Assembly: GCF_006345805.1 (NCBI RefSeq)
Contig: NC_043004.1
Coordinates: 64,418,001 to 64,482,000, forward strand
DNA length: 64,000 nucleotides
Source: Octopus sinensis
Taxonomy: Eukaryota
Direction of reading: 5' to 3'
A model generated the notes under the pieces. It had not been told where the DNA came from. It saw only the letters and a program-made list of their open reading frames with translations, and did not search any database. Both the position numbers and the translations under genes were made by a program. How positions within the stretch are numbered: position 1 is the stretch's first letter; each line of letters starts with the position of its first letter. Below, piece after piece: positions 52,264 through 63,736 of this stretch.

Positions 52264-52363
52264 NNNNNNNNNNNNNNNNNNNNNNNNNNNNNNNNNNNNN
52301 NNNNNNNNNNNNNNNNNNNNNNNNNNNNNNNNNNNNNNNNNNNNNNNNNNNNNNNNNNNNNNN
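52264..52363. other. Assembly gap (100 N)
   Basis: Run of exactly 100 n. Confidence 1.
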
Positions 52364-52520
52364 CTTTGCCTTTCCCTTGGACAACATCGGTGACATGGAG
52401 AGGGGAGGCCGGTATGCATGGGCGATTGCTGGTCTTCCATAAAACAACCTTGCCCAGACTTGTGCCTCAGAGGGTAACTCTCTAGGTGCAAACCCATGGT
52501 CAGTGTCTGACCGAAGGGGG
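52364..52520 (+). mobile_element. SINE family C 3' half
   Basis: ctttgcctttcccttggacaacatcgg...ctaggtgcaaacccatggtca. Confidence 0.85.
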
Positions 52521-52541
52521 TCACCACCACCATATATATAC

Positions 52542-52666
52542 TTGGCGTTAGGAAGGGAATCCAGCTGTAGAAGCACTGGTGCAGCCTTCTGGCTTCCCAG
52601 ATCCCCAGTCGAACCGTCCAACCCATGCTAGCATTGAGAACGGACGTTCAACGATTATGATGATGA
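52542..52666 (+). mobile_element. Family B tail
   Basis: ttggcgttaggaagggaatccagctgtagaa...ggacgttcaacga. Confidence 0.8.
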
Positions 52667-53074
52667 TATATATTTATGCATGTATGTGTGTGTATGTGTA
52701 TATAAACACACAGACACACAGACACACATACTGGTGTGAATGAGTGAACATGGCATGTTTTTATCACTTTATAATTACTTTTTGCATTGTAATTAATACC
52801 AGGTTCTTTACCCAAAGGCTATTGTTGTGGCTTTTCAAATACAGTTTTGTTGTAGTTGTTGTTGCTGCTTTTAATCTTAATTATCAATGTTTTTGTTAGA
52901 TTTCATTAATGTGTAATGAACAAAAATTTTATTTCAATTATTTATGAATTTCAATGAAATTTCAATGGAAGTACTTCAACAATGATAGTGTGTATTTGTT
53001 GTAGCTGGTGTTGTTATTGTTGTTGTTGGCTGTTTATAACCCTTGGTCTGGTCTAATCAAGTAGACTTACAATT

Positions 53075-53378
53075 AAAAGCAGTCCATCTTTGGCCTTCTC
53101 TCATCTTAGCTTTGTACTGCTTTCAGTGGACCTAGGATAACTTTAGCCAAAAAAGCAGTCCATCCATGGCCTTCTCTTGTCTCAAGTTTGGCCTGCATTC
53201 AGTGGACCCAGAATAATATTAACCAAAAAAGCAATCCGACCATGGCTTTCCCTCATTTCAGCTTTGTTCTGCTTTCAATGGACCCAGGATAACATTAGAG
53301 AAAAAAAACAGTCCAACTATGGCTTTCCCTTATTTCAGATTTGTCCTGCATTCAGTAGACCCAGGATGAAATTAGCCA
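53075..53378. repeat. 76 bp tandem repeat x4
   Basis: aaaagcagtcca..tggc..tttg..ctgc(t/a)ttcagtggacc.aggataa at ~53075, 53149, 53225 and 53301. Confidence 0.88.
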
Positions 53379-53647
53379 ATGTTTCCCTTTCTTTGATAGA
53401 AGGGTGTCTTTTAAGGAAGATTCAGCTGTCTTTTTTTTATATATATATATTTTTTTTTGGCATGTGAAGGGACCATCGAAAGGTTTTCTCATTGGCCCCA
53501 TTATTCTTGTCATAGCTAGTGCTAGGGGTGTTGCTAGGGGTGTTGCTAGTGATGTTGCCAATGGAGATTTCTTTGTTGTTGGTGTTGGCTGTGGTAATGT
53601 TGTCATTAATGTAGATTTTGTTATTATTATTATTATTATTGCTATGT

Positions 53648-53820
53648 AGGCACGTGGTCTAGTGGTTAGGGTGTTGCACTCACAATTGCAAGGTCATGGT
53701 TTCAATTCCCAGATCAGCCATGAATTATGTTTTTGAGCAAAACACTTCATTTCACATTGCTCCAGTCTACTCAGTTGTAAATAGATAACCTTGTGATAGC
53801 CTGGCATACAAGGGTGAGAT
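53648..53820 (+). mobile_element. SINE family C head
   Basis: tggtctagtggttaggg..ggtttcaattccc..tgagcaaaacacttcatttcacattgctccag. Confidence 0.75.
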
Positions 53821-54457
53821 GCTAACTCAGAAAAATCGCCCAAACAGGGGCCTCATGAGCCACATTTTGTATTCAGTGATCAAAAGGATGAATAGTCCAC
53901 CCTGTACTGTTAATCCCAACTGACTGGGGTTGATTGTTCAACCACATCCAAATAGGATAATGACTATAGTTGTTGGTGGTGTTGTCGGTGGTGTTGCTGA
54001 TGTAGATTTCATTGTTGACATTGTAATAGCCAGCATTGTTGTTGATGGAAGTGGCAGGGTAGTTTTGTCATCAATATAGATTTCATTGTTGTTGATATTG
54101 TTGTTATAGCTAGTGTTCCTGTTGTTTTTGAATGTATGAGATAAGTGATTATTCTATAAGTGACTTCCCACAGATACAAACTGACAGCAGACAAACACAT
54201 TCCCCTGTTACTTATTTATTTGAAGGAGCAGACATTAATGGTGTTCCTTGGTGAGACCTCCTGATGTGAGAGCAGTGACATGACAACAGAAATCACAATA
54301 AATTAGTATTGCAAATGGTTGAGTTTGATCGACAGATGGCAATAGACTATCATCATAAGGTTTTACAGTTAAGACTTATACTGCCACCAGTGCTGGAACT
54401 TGTCTGCTGTTGTCTCCCTTACTTGTTGAAATAATAGTTATTAATTTAGGTGCATAA

Positions 54458-54655
54458 GGTGACAAGCTGGCAGAATCATTAATGTGTTGGACAAAATACT
54501 TAATGGTATTCCTTCTGGGTCTTTATGTTTTGAGTTCAAATCCTGCTAAGGTCAACTTTGCCTTTTATTCCTTTCGGGTCGATAAAATAAAGTATGAATC
54601 AAGTATTAGGGTAATGTAATTGACTAGTCCCCTTCCCTCAAAATAACTGGTCTTT
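54458..54655 (+). mobile_element. SINE family E
   Basis: agctggcagaa..tgagttcaaatcc..gccttttattcctttcgggtcgataaaa. Confidence 0.75.
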
Positions 54656-54799
54656 GAACCCTGCAACAGATAGTGTCCCAGTCAGGGGAACATGGTGATC
54701 TTGGTGACCATCCTTCTGAGTCTTAAAGCTTTAAAAAAATAAATAATTTTAAGTACATAAGCAAACAGTTTTTGAAGGAAAGGGGTTACATTAAAATCA

Positions 54800-54935
54800 C
54801 TGATGCCAGTACTTGACTGGTACTTTATTTTATCAACCCCAAAAGGATGAAAGATAAAATGGACATCAGCAGGATTTGAACTCAGAACATAAAGAATCAT
54901 AAATACCACAAAATATTTTTCCTAATGTTCTGCCA
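54800..54935 (-). mobile_element. SINE family E fragment
   Basis: ctggtactttattttatcaaccccaaaaggatgaaag..gatttgaactcagaac. Confidence 0.7.
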
Positions 54936-54944
54936 GGTCACAGT

Positions 54945-55135
54945 TTTTATCTTTTACTTGTTTCAGCCATTAGATTATGACTATGCTGGCATATAGTCAA
55001 ACAAATTGACTCTAGTAACCTTTTTTTAAAAGCCTGGTATATATTCCATCATCACTTTTACCAAATCACTAAATGATGGGGACACAAACACACCAACACC
55101 GGTTGTCAAGTGGTAGGTGGGGGAACAAACACATG
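54945..55135 (-). mobile_element. SINE family A 3' half
   Basis: ttttacttgtttcagccattag..acaccaacaccggttgtcaag. Confidence 0.7.
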
Positions 55136-55152
55136 CACACACATACACCTTC

Positions 55153-55177
<25 letters not shown>

Positions 55178-55184
<7 letters not shown>

Positions 55185-55480
55185 ATCACGTGACCGACCG
55201 GTCCATCAGATGTAGTTACACATCGCTGGTCACAATGCGTTCGCATTGTTTTAGCCTTTGAATGACGCCACCCCGCTGGCTAAGCGAGCAGGCCAACAGA
55301 GGAAAGAGTGTGAGAAAGAGTGGTGAAAGAGTACAGCAGGGATCACCACCCCCTGTCGGAGCATCGTGGAGCTTTTAGGTGTTTTCGCTCAATAAACACA
55401 CACAACGCCCGGTCTGGGAATCGAAACCGCGATCCTACGACCGGGAGTCCGTTGCCTTAACCACTGGGCCATTGCGCCTC

Positions 55481-55482
<2 letters not shown>
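55178..55482 (-). mobile_element. SINE family D, full length, young
   Basis: tcacgtgatcacgtgaccgacc...aaccactgggccattgcgcctccac. Confidence 0.88.
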
Positions 55483-55520
<38 letters not shown>

Positions 55521-55521
55521 C

Positions 55522-55552
<31 letters not shown>

Positions 55553-55586
55553 CATACATACATATATATATATACGACATACATAC

Positions 55587-55649
<63 letters not shown>

Positions 55650-55651
55650 AC

Positions 55652-55727
<76 letters not shown>

Positions 55728-55887
55728 CATAATATATATATATATACATATATATATACATATATATATATACATATATATATACATATATATATATATA
55801 CATATATATATTATAGATACATACATATATATATATATATATACATATATATATACATACATATATTATACATATATATATACATAC

Positions 55888-55920
<33 letters not shown>

Positions 55921-55923
55921 ATA

Positions 55924-55992
<69 letters not shown>

Positions 55993-56015
55993 CATATATA
56001 TTACATATATACTAT

Positions 56016-56046
<31 letters not shown>

Positions 56047-56401
56047 TACATATGTCATCATCATCATCATCATCGTTTAGTGTCTGTTTTCCATGCTAGC
56101 ATGGGTTGGACGGTTCTACTGGGGTCTGTGAAGCCAGAAGGCTTCATCAGGCCCAGTCAAATCTGGCAGTGTTTCTACGGCTGGATGCCCTTCCTAACGC
56201 CTATATATACATATATATGTATATATATACATATATACATATATATGTATATATATACATATATACATATATATATACATAATACATATATATATATATA
56301 TATACATACATACATACATATATATATATATATAATACATATATATATATATATATATCATATATAATATATATATACATATATACATATATAATATATA
56401 C

Positions 56402-56441
<40 letters not shown>

Positions 56442-56510
56442 CTATATATATATATATACTATAATATATACATATATATATTATATATATAATAGTATAT
56501 ATATACACAT
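55483..56510. repeat. Long (TA)n-rich tract interrupted by a family B fragment (56055-56201, minus)
   Basis: Direct inspection. Confidence 0.9.
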
Positions 56511-56519
56511 ATCATCAGA

Positions 56520-56716
56520 ACGCCATGTTGAATCGTTAGTAGCCCCTACGCAATTTTTTTCTCTCCTTGTTTCTTTTCTGTGTATCTTTCTGTCGAAGAG
56601 CGTAGGCTTAAAACGTAAAAGACTTGTTTTATTTCTATTCCTGAGCGCCATACTAATACATTATTTGTTTGTACTCCACCTGCCTTCATCTTGTTTATTT
56701 TCGTAAACCTCCCCGT
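56520..56716 (+). mobile_element. ~195 bp element with minimal hammerhead motif, TA-flanked
   Basis: tcttt-CTGTCGA-A-GAGC gtag GCTT-aAAAC-GTA-aaaga; homologous end-to-end to the reverse complement of 22614-22803. Confidence 0.7.
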
Positions 56717-56749
56717 TATATACATATGCTTGCACTTGGTTTCCAGTTT

Positions 56750-56960
56750 AGTCATGAAACCAGCAATTTTAAGAGAAGGATATTAGTCAATGCCATCAAC
56801 TCTATTGCTTCACCAATACTTTATTCCATTGACCCCAAAGCAATGAAAGGCAAAGTTAGCCTCAGCAGGATTTGATCTTTCAACTCAGACCATAAAGAAC
56901 AAGAAAAAATACTCCAAGGCCTTTTTATTTTCTGAAATGCTCTAAAAACACTGCCAACCT
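56750..56960 (-). mobile_element. SINE family E, degenerate
   Basis: ttgaccccaaagcaatgaaaggcaaagttagcctcagcaggatttga. Confidence 0.6.
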
Positions 56961-57902
56961 ATTGCATTTACAAAAATAATGAAAATAGTTTTAGCCAGTG
57001 TCCAATTTAATTTTCTTTCCTTCCTCAACACATAATTATTCCCAGTTAACTTTGATGGTTTTCCTGCAATGAAAAATGCTAACACTACCTTAATTAATTA
57101 TGTCTCTAATGCACCTATTTATTCATCTATGTCTCTTTTTCTATATATCTGTCTTCCTATGTATCTCTCTGTCTCTTCATCAGTGTCTATTTGTCTGTCT
57201 GTCTCACCTCATAATTATTTCTTGTTAACTTTCTAACACATCTCGTTTTAAATCTGTTAACTTTAACTTCTTTACCTGTCTGTCTTTATCTGTCTATCTA
57301 TAAATCTATATATCTATCTCTCTGCCTCTATATACATCTAAATATCTGTCTATGCATCTCTCAATCTGTCTATGCATCTCTCTGCTTGTCTATGTAGTAA
57401 CTATTTGTCTATTTATGTATCTCTCTTCACCATATGATTGCTTCAAGATAACTTTTTCAATATGTTAACTCTAATTTAACCGTCTGCCTGCCTATCAATT
57501 TACCTTCCTCCCCATATAATTATTTTTAGTTAACTTTCTAAAACTCGTAACATTAAATATTTTAACATAATTTAATTATTGTTATAAGTTAAAGTAATCA
57601 TTTGCAATCATCCGCCCACAGACAAATGGATATTTATTTGAAGAAGAGCCTGTAATCAAGGCAAATCTTGCATTTCTGACTGCAAGACTGAGAAGGGACA
57701 AAGCTCTTTTCTCACTTTTCTTACTGATACTTATATTTTTCATCAGTCTACAATGATAAAAGATCTCCCTCTCATGCACACACGTGTACCTACATGGTGA
57801 TATTGCTTGTCTGGAAGAAAGCAGACCATGACATACACACGCAACTCCACCTAGTCTTTGAAAGGATTCTACACCTGTTGCAATCAACATTTTCCCAATA
57901 TG

Positions 57903-58110
57903 TTCATCATCATCATTTCATGTCCATGTTCCATACTGCCATGGGTTGGATAGTTTGACAGGATCTATTGAGTCCAAGGACTGCATTTTGCTCAAGTGTC
58001 TGCTTTGCTTTAGCTTCTATGGCTGGATGTCTTCTTAAAGCCAGCCACTTTACAGCATGTACTGGGTATGTTTTTGCACAACTAGCATGTAGTTTGCAAG
58101 ACTACAAACT
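57903..58110 (-). mobile_element. Family B element, old
   Basis: ccatactgccatgggttggatag..ggctggatgtcttctt. Confidence 0.6.
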
Positions 58111-58619
58111 CTGAGGGGACAACTGTATACTAAGAGATTAGGAGCAAAAGTGGGGTAAAAGGAGCAAAAAGGGGGTAAAACAGGTTTCTTGTTGTGGATG
58201 ACCTAAATGACTACTCATATTTTAGAAGAGAAAGTGGGAGTGATCAAATGAAGCCAGATAGTGATGGGGAAAGTAGGAGATGACTGGCAGTGCTGATCAG
58301 CAGAATAACAGTGATAGAACAGTAGATAGGAGAAGGACGAGAGATGGATAATGTTGGGCAGTTGGCAGCGGTGGGGTGGAAAGCGAGAGAAGTGTAGTGC
58401 AGGGGGAGGGGGAGAGATGTATGGTGATGGGAGAGGATAGCTGCTGATTCAGTGGGTGGGGCTGATCAATGAAAGTGTGGGTAGATAGAACAGCATTATT
58501 GGATGAAGGGTGGGTTGTAAGCAAAGTAAGTGGTATCAAGGAAGAGCTGTAGAGAGGTGCTGGTGTTCTCAAGTGGAGCAAAGAAAAAGCACAACACCCA
58601 CATACACACACACACAACT

Positions 58620-58780
58620 ATCTTTCACACAGTTTCTGTTTATTAAACTCCACTCACAAGGTACTGGTCGACCTGAGGCTATGGTGAAGACATTTATCCA
58701 TGGTGAGATGCAGAGGGATTGAACCTGAAACCACATGGTTGTAGAGCAAACGTCTTAACCATACAGCAATGTCTGTGCCA
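58620..58780 (-). mobile_element. SINE family A 5' half, old
   Basis: ccactcacaagg..ttgaacctgaaaccacatggttg. Confidence 0.65.
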
Positions 58781-59305
58781 GAGTACAAGAAGTGATGAAG
58801 ACTGATATAATTAATACAAGTCGTTTTATATTACATGTTGCTTGTCTGACAAAGATGATTCATTAATTAATTCCCAATTCTTGTGTTCAGTGACTTACTA
58901 ACTTCCTCTTGTGTAATATTTCCATCTAAACTCTGAAAATTCTGCCAAGTTCGACAAACATAGAAACACCAGAATCCTGCCAGTCATCCATACAAAGAAT
59001 ACGGATGACTAAATTACATCGAACATGATGCAACAAACGTTTATAAAGCAGCAAGATTTCATTGGAAAGGAATTATAGAATCCATATCAAGTGGAATTAT
59101 TTACTGAATTGTGTTGACTCAAATGATGACTAACCAATTCTAGATGAGTCTGTGATAAATATTTGTAGATATATTCTATTGGAACACCATTTTTCATATA
59201 CTAGAAATGGTTTCTTATGTAACAAACAAATCAGTGTTGAATGAAATGCTTCTCAGCTTTTATAACCAGGAAAGCACAAATATACATATGAATATACGTG
59301 TGTGT

Positions 59306-59342
<37 letters not shown>

Positions 59343-59375
59343 TCATGGGTGTGTGATTATGAAGTTCGCTTTTCA

Positions 59376-59790
59376 GGCAAGCTGGCAGAAATGTTAGCAC
59401 GCCAGGTGAAATGCTTAGCGGTATTTCATCTGCTGTTACATTCTGAGTTCAAATTCCGCTGGGGTTGACTTTGCCTTTCATCCTGTCGAGGTTGATAAAT
59501 TAAGTACCAGTTTCGCACTGAGGTCGATATAATCGACTTAATCCCTTTGTCTGTCCTTGTTTGTCCTCTCTGTGTTTAGCTTCTTGTGGGTAGTAAAGAA
59601 ATAGGTATTTTGTCTGTCTTTACATTCTGAGTTCAAATTCCGCCGGGGTCAACTTTGCCTTTCATCCTTTCGGGGTCGATTAAATAAGTACCAGTTTCGC
59701 ACTGGGGTCAATATAATCGACTTAATCCCTTTGTCTGTCCTTGTTTGACCCTCTATGTTTAGCCCCTTGAGGGTAATAAAGAAATAAGAA
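59376..59790 (+). mobile_element. SINE family E dimer with 15 bp target-site duplication
   Basis: Two units; flanks gaagttcgcttttca (59361-59375) and gaagttcccttttca (59788-59802). Confidence 0.88.
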
Positions 59791-59964
59791 GTTCCCTTTT
59801 CAGTCATATGATTTTAAGTTTAGACCTATGTATAATATCTTGGGTAACAGCCTTTTGCTATAGATTTGAGTTAAGCAATAGATCATAAGGGAAAATTGGT
59901 AAACAGAAACTGTACTGAGAACCATTGCGTGTATGTTTGTGTGTGTGTGAGTGTGTGTGACCAG

Positions 59965-60200
59965 CATTTAATGTCTGTTTTCCATGCTGGCATGGGTTGG
60001 ATGGTTTGATGGGAGCTGGCCAACTGGAGAACTGCACAAGGCTCCAGTTACGGTTTCTACAGCTGGATGCCCTTCCTATTACCAACCACTTTGCAGAGTG
60101 TACTGGGTGCTTTTTACATGGCACCAGCACCAGTGCTTTATATGTGATACTAGCTCATGTGCTTCATACATGGCACCAGTACAGGTGCTTTTTACATGGA
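59965..60200 (-). mobile_element. Family B element
   Basis: ttccatgctggcatgggttgga..gctggatgcccttccta..ggtgctttttacatgg x2. Confidence 0.8.
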
Positions 60201-60599
60201 GCCTACAGCCTCTATAGGCCAAAGCTTACCTAGGTTTCTATGTTGTATAAGCAACCTAAAGCACAATACTCCCCTCTGCCAGTCCATCAAAGGGTTAATT
60301 CCACCACCAACAAATGCTACTAGTGTTTTGCTCAAGGAAACTATACACCATCCATTCTAGGAATCAAAATATTGACCTTACAATCATGAACCCAGCACCC
60401 TTACCTCTAATATTTAAGTATTTCTTTCTTTTCTCTTTTTCTTTTCATTTGTAGCAGCTCTGTGTTTGATATTGGCTTACATGCGAATATACATTTCTCC
60501 ATTTCAAAGTTTGCTCAGTCGACTTTGTGTGGTTGCACCTTTTGTGTCGTTCTTTGTCGTTACTACTTTCATCTCATATGCACACACACACACATGCAA

Positions 60600-60765
60600 A
60601 GGGCTTCCTCAGTTTCTGTCTACCAAATCCTCACTCAAGGCATCGGTTGGCCTTGGGGTTATTGTAGAAGACACTTGGCCAAGGTGCCATGCTGTGGGCC
60701 TGAACCTGAAACTACATGGTTGCAATGCAAAGTTAGCTTCTTAACCACACAGCCATGGCTGTGCA
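60600..60765 (-). mobile_element. SINE family A 5' half
   Basis: ctaccaaatcctcactcaagg..gtagaagacacttggccaaggtgcca..aaccacacagcca. Confidence 0.75.
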
Positions 60766-61012
60766 AATATGCAAATGAGAAATATGTCTTTATTCAATAT
60801 TATTTTAAATTAGTAAATATTTTTAATTTGAAAGTTACAATTCATTGAATTATCTTGCATATGAAGTATGAAATTTCAAAAAAAAAAGCAAAAAAGCATG
60901 CAAAATTTTAATTATCTTACCTATGTAAAATCATGTGATATTACCTGTAGTGACAAAATTATTTTCCAACAATACCTTTTACATGAGGGTACCTTTCCAG
61001 TGTAGGTATGCA

Positions 61013-61062
<50 letters not shown>

Positions 61063-61574
61063 ATGTGTGTTTCTGTGTGTGTGATGAGAAAATAAATAAG
61101 TTCTGAAATTAGATTGTAATTTTTTTTTCACCTCATAATGACACACAGAGAGGTGAGGATAGGAAATTAAATTTAAAGCTTTCTGAAAAAGAAATATTGA
61201 TTCAAATAAAAATGTGATAAAGTATAATAAAAAAGTATTTCCAAAAAAATGATAAACTTTAAATGAAATCCCATAAAAAAAATTAAAATTGTACAATAAA
61301 AATATAGAGAGAGCAATATTAAAAAAATAAGATTAAATTATGAAAGATTCTGTATGCATGTATGTATAAATCTTATTTTAATGCGGATATTGGAAATGTC
61401 TTACACACCTCTATTTTCAAACATTTCTTGTTTATTCAACCATTCATATACATATATACGTGTGTGTGTGTGTGTGTGTGTATGTATGTGTATATATATA
61501 TTCTCTATATATGTATATATTTATATATGTATATATACATACATATATATATGTATATATGTATATATACATAC

Positions 61575-61606
<32 letters not shown>

Positions 61607-61624
61607 ATAGATAGATATATACAT

Positions 61625-61656
<32 letters not shown>

Positions 61657-61723
61657 ATATATATACATACATATATATATACATACATATATATATACAT
61701 GCATACATACATACATATATATA

Positions 61724-62026
61724 AGACCATCCGAACGTTGCCAGCGCCACCTTGGCTGGCTTCCTTGCCGCTGGCACGTTAAAAGCTCCAACCGATCGTG
61801 ACCGATGCCGGACCCCCTCCCCTGGCACCTGTGCAGGTGGCACGTAAAAAGTACCCACTACACTCGCGGAGTGGTTAGCGTTAGGAAGGGCATCCAGCCG
61901 TAGAAACTCTGCCAGATCAGACTGGAGCCTGGAGCAGCCCCTGGCTTCCCAGACCCCGGTCGAACCGTCCAACCCGTGCTAGCGCAGAAAACGGACGTTA
62001 AACGATGATGATGATGATGATGATGA
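61724..62026 (+). mobile_element. Family B element, young
   Basis: ggtggcacgtaaaaagtacccactacactc..aggaagggcatccagccgtagaaac..ggacgttaaac(gat)n. Confidence 0.85.
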
Positions 62027-62079
62027 CATACATATATATATACATACATATATATATATATATAGATATATATACATAC

Positions 62080-62110
<31 letters not shown>

Positions 62111-62154
62111 CATACACATATATACATATACATACATATATATACAAACATATA

Positions 62155-62190
<36 letters not shown>

Positions 62191-62191
62191 C

Positions 62192-62235
<44 letters not shown>

Positions 62236-62236
62236 T

Positions 62237-62411
62237 AACTGGCAGAATTGTTAGCATGCTAGGCAAAATGCTTAGCTGGATTTCGCCTGTTACAACATTC
62301 GGTGTTCATCGACTCAGGATCAATAAAATAAGTACCAGTTGAATACTGGGGTCAATGGAATTGACTCATCCTCTCCTTCAAGACTGCTGCTCTTGTGGCA
62401 TAATTTAAAAC

Positions 62412-62415
<4 letters not shown>
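62237..62415 (+). mobile_element. SINE family E followed by (ATT)n
   Basis: aactggcagaattgttagca..aagtaccagttgaatactggggtcaat. Confidence 0.7.
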
Positions 62416-62466
<51 letters not shown>

Positions 62467-63201
62467 TCTTTTTAAGGGATGGGGTGTTTGTTATTAGAGG
62501 GGTAGGTCACATATTTTGTGGTTATTTTCTCTAAAATGTCTTCGGAAGTTTCTCTAAAAATTTAATACAATATTTTTGAGTCTTTTTTTATTTAATTCTG
62601 AAAAACATATTTCTATTTACCTATGTGTCTATATCTTTGTATTCTTGTATGAAATATTGAGTGGTTCTAAGTGTAACATTGTATGTGTGTTACACACATC
62701 CGTACAGTTTTGGTATGTTTGTATACTTTTGCATATTTTTGTATGAATTTTTGAAAGTGTATATATTCGAACAAATTTTTGAAAGTGTGTATATTTTTGT
62801 CTGAAAATGTTTTTATGCACATATTTTTCGTGTATGTTTTTGTGTACGATTTTGTATGTTTGAATATTTTTGTATTTGTACGCATTTTTGTAAATATTTT
62901 TGTCATTTTTTTTTCTTTATATGTGTCTTTATTTAAATTTAATCGATATTGTTAACCAGCGGCAATGTAAGTTGTAACTGGTGGCAGTAAAATTTCTAGC
63001 AATGTTTTACATTCTACTTCGAGTCAGCCATTGGTACTCTGTGTGTGTGTGTGTGTTTGTGTGTGAGTGTGTGGTTGTTGTGTTTATGTGAGAAGAGGAA
63101 GAGAATTATTGAAGCTGAGGTGAATTGAACCAACAGACAGTAACAGCAAGAACTGCTACTTCCACCACAACTAAATTACTACATTATTACTAACACAATT
63201 A

Positions 63202-63509
63202 TTGGGTCATCCCATAAATAATGCGGTTTTTTTTCAATTGCATGAACTAAAAGGTGGAAGAGGACGGGATTAACTACCTGCATCAACTTGCTATAAAAGC
63301 AGGTAGTAATTTTACCTTGTCCTTATTCTTAGTGTAAGTTTTGAAGAGTGCAGTTCAATTTTAACAGTTATCTTTTCAAAGCTATAATGGAAGTAGCAAA
63401 GGAGCATATTCAGCATATTTTGCTTTATGAGTTCAACAAAGGCAACAACACAATGGAAAGTGCAAGGAATATTAATGCAGTATATGGGGTTCAGACAATA
63501 AGTGTAAGG
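63202..63509 (+). mobile_element. Mariner transposon 5' fragment (TIR + transposase N-terminal HTH from 63387)
   Basis: TA|ttgggtcatcccataaataatgcggtttt; MEVAKEHIQHILLYEFNKGNNTMESARNINAVYG resembles the Mos1/SETMAR HTH. Confidence 0.85.
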
Positions 63510-63514
63510 AAACT

Positions 63515-63684
63515 GTACTGGATCGGTCCAAAAATCTAATTAGTTTGTGCCAGTCATGAGGCCAAACATCCCTGAAAGTTCCACCTGAATCTATTCTGTG
63601 GTTCCTGAGCCATCTTGTCCGCAGACTAACAAACAAACAAGCAAACACAACTGAAAACAATACCTCCACCTTAGCAAAGGCGGA

Positions 63685-63690
<6 letters not shown>
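63515..63690. mobile_element. Helentron/HINE-like fragment
   Basis: Homologous to 51815-51973; hairpin acctccaccttagcaaaggcggaggt, then (AAT)n. Confidence 0.7.

Positions 63691-63736
<46 letters not shown>

Noticed and set aside
57582-57890. 102 aa ORF in unique-looking sequence
   Set aside because: No recognisable motif, non-ATG start, no splice support.
1660-62238. Numerous Y/I/M/C/V/H/T-rich ORFs in the track
   Set aside because: Translations of (TA)n/(TG)n/(CA)n microsatellites, which lack stop codons; no coding signal.
62960-62966. 7-nt ag|CGGCAAT|gtaagt after a long AG-free tract (similar cases at 17526-17548 and minus-strand ~4510)
   Set aside because: Not frame-preserving; low-complexity context makes chance likely.
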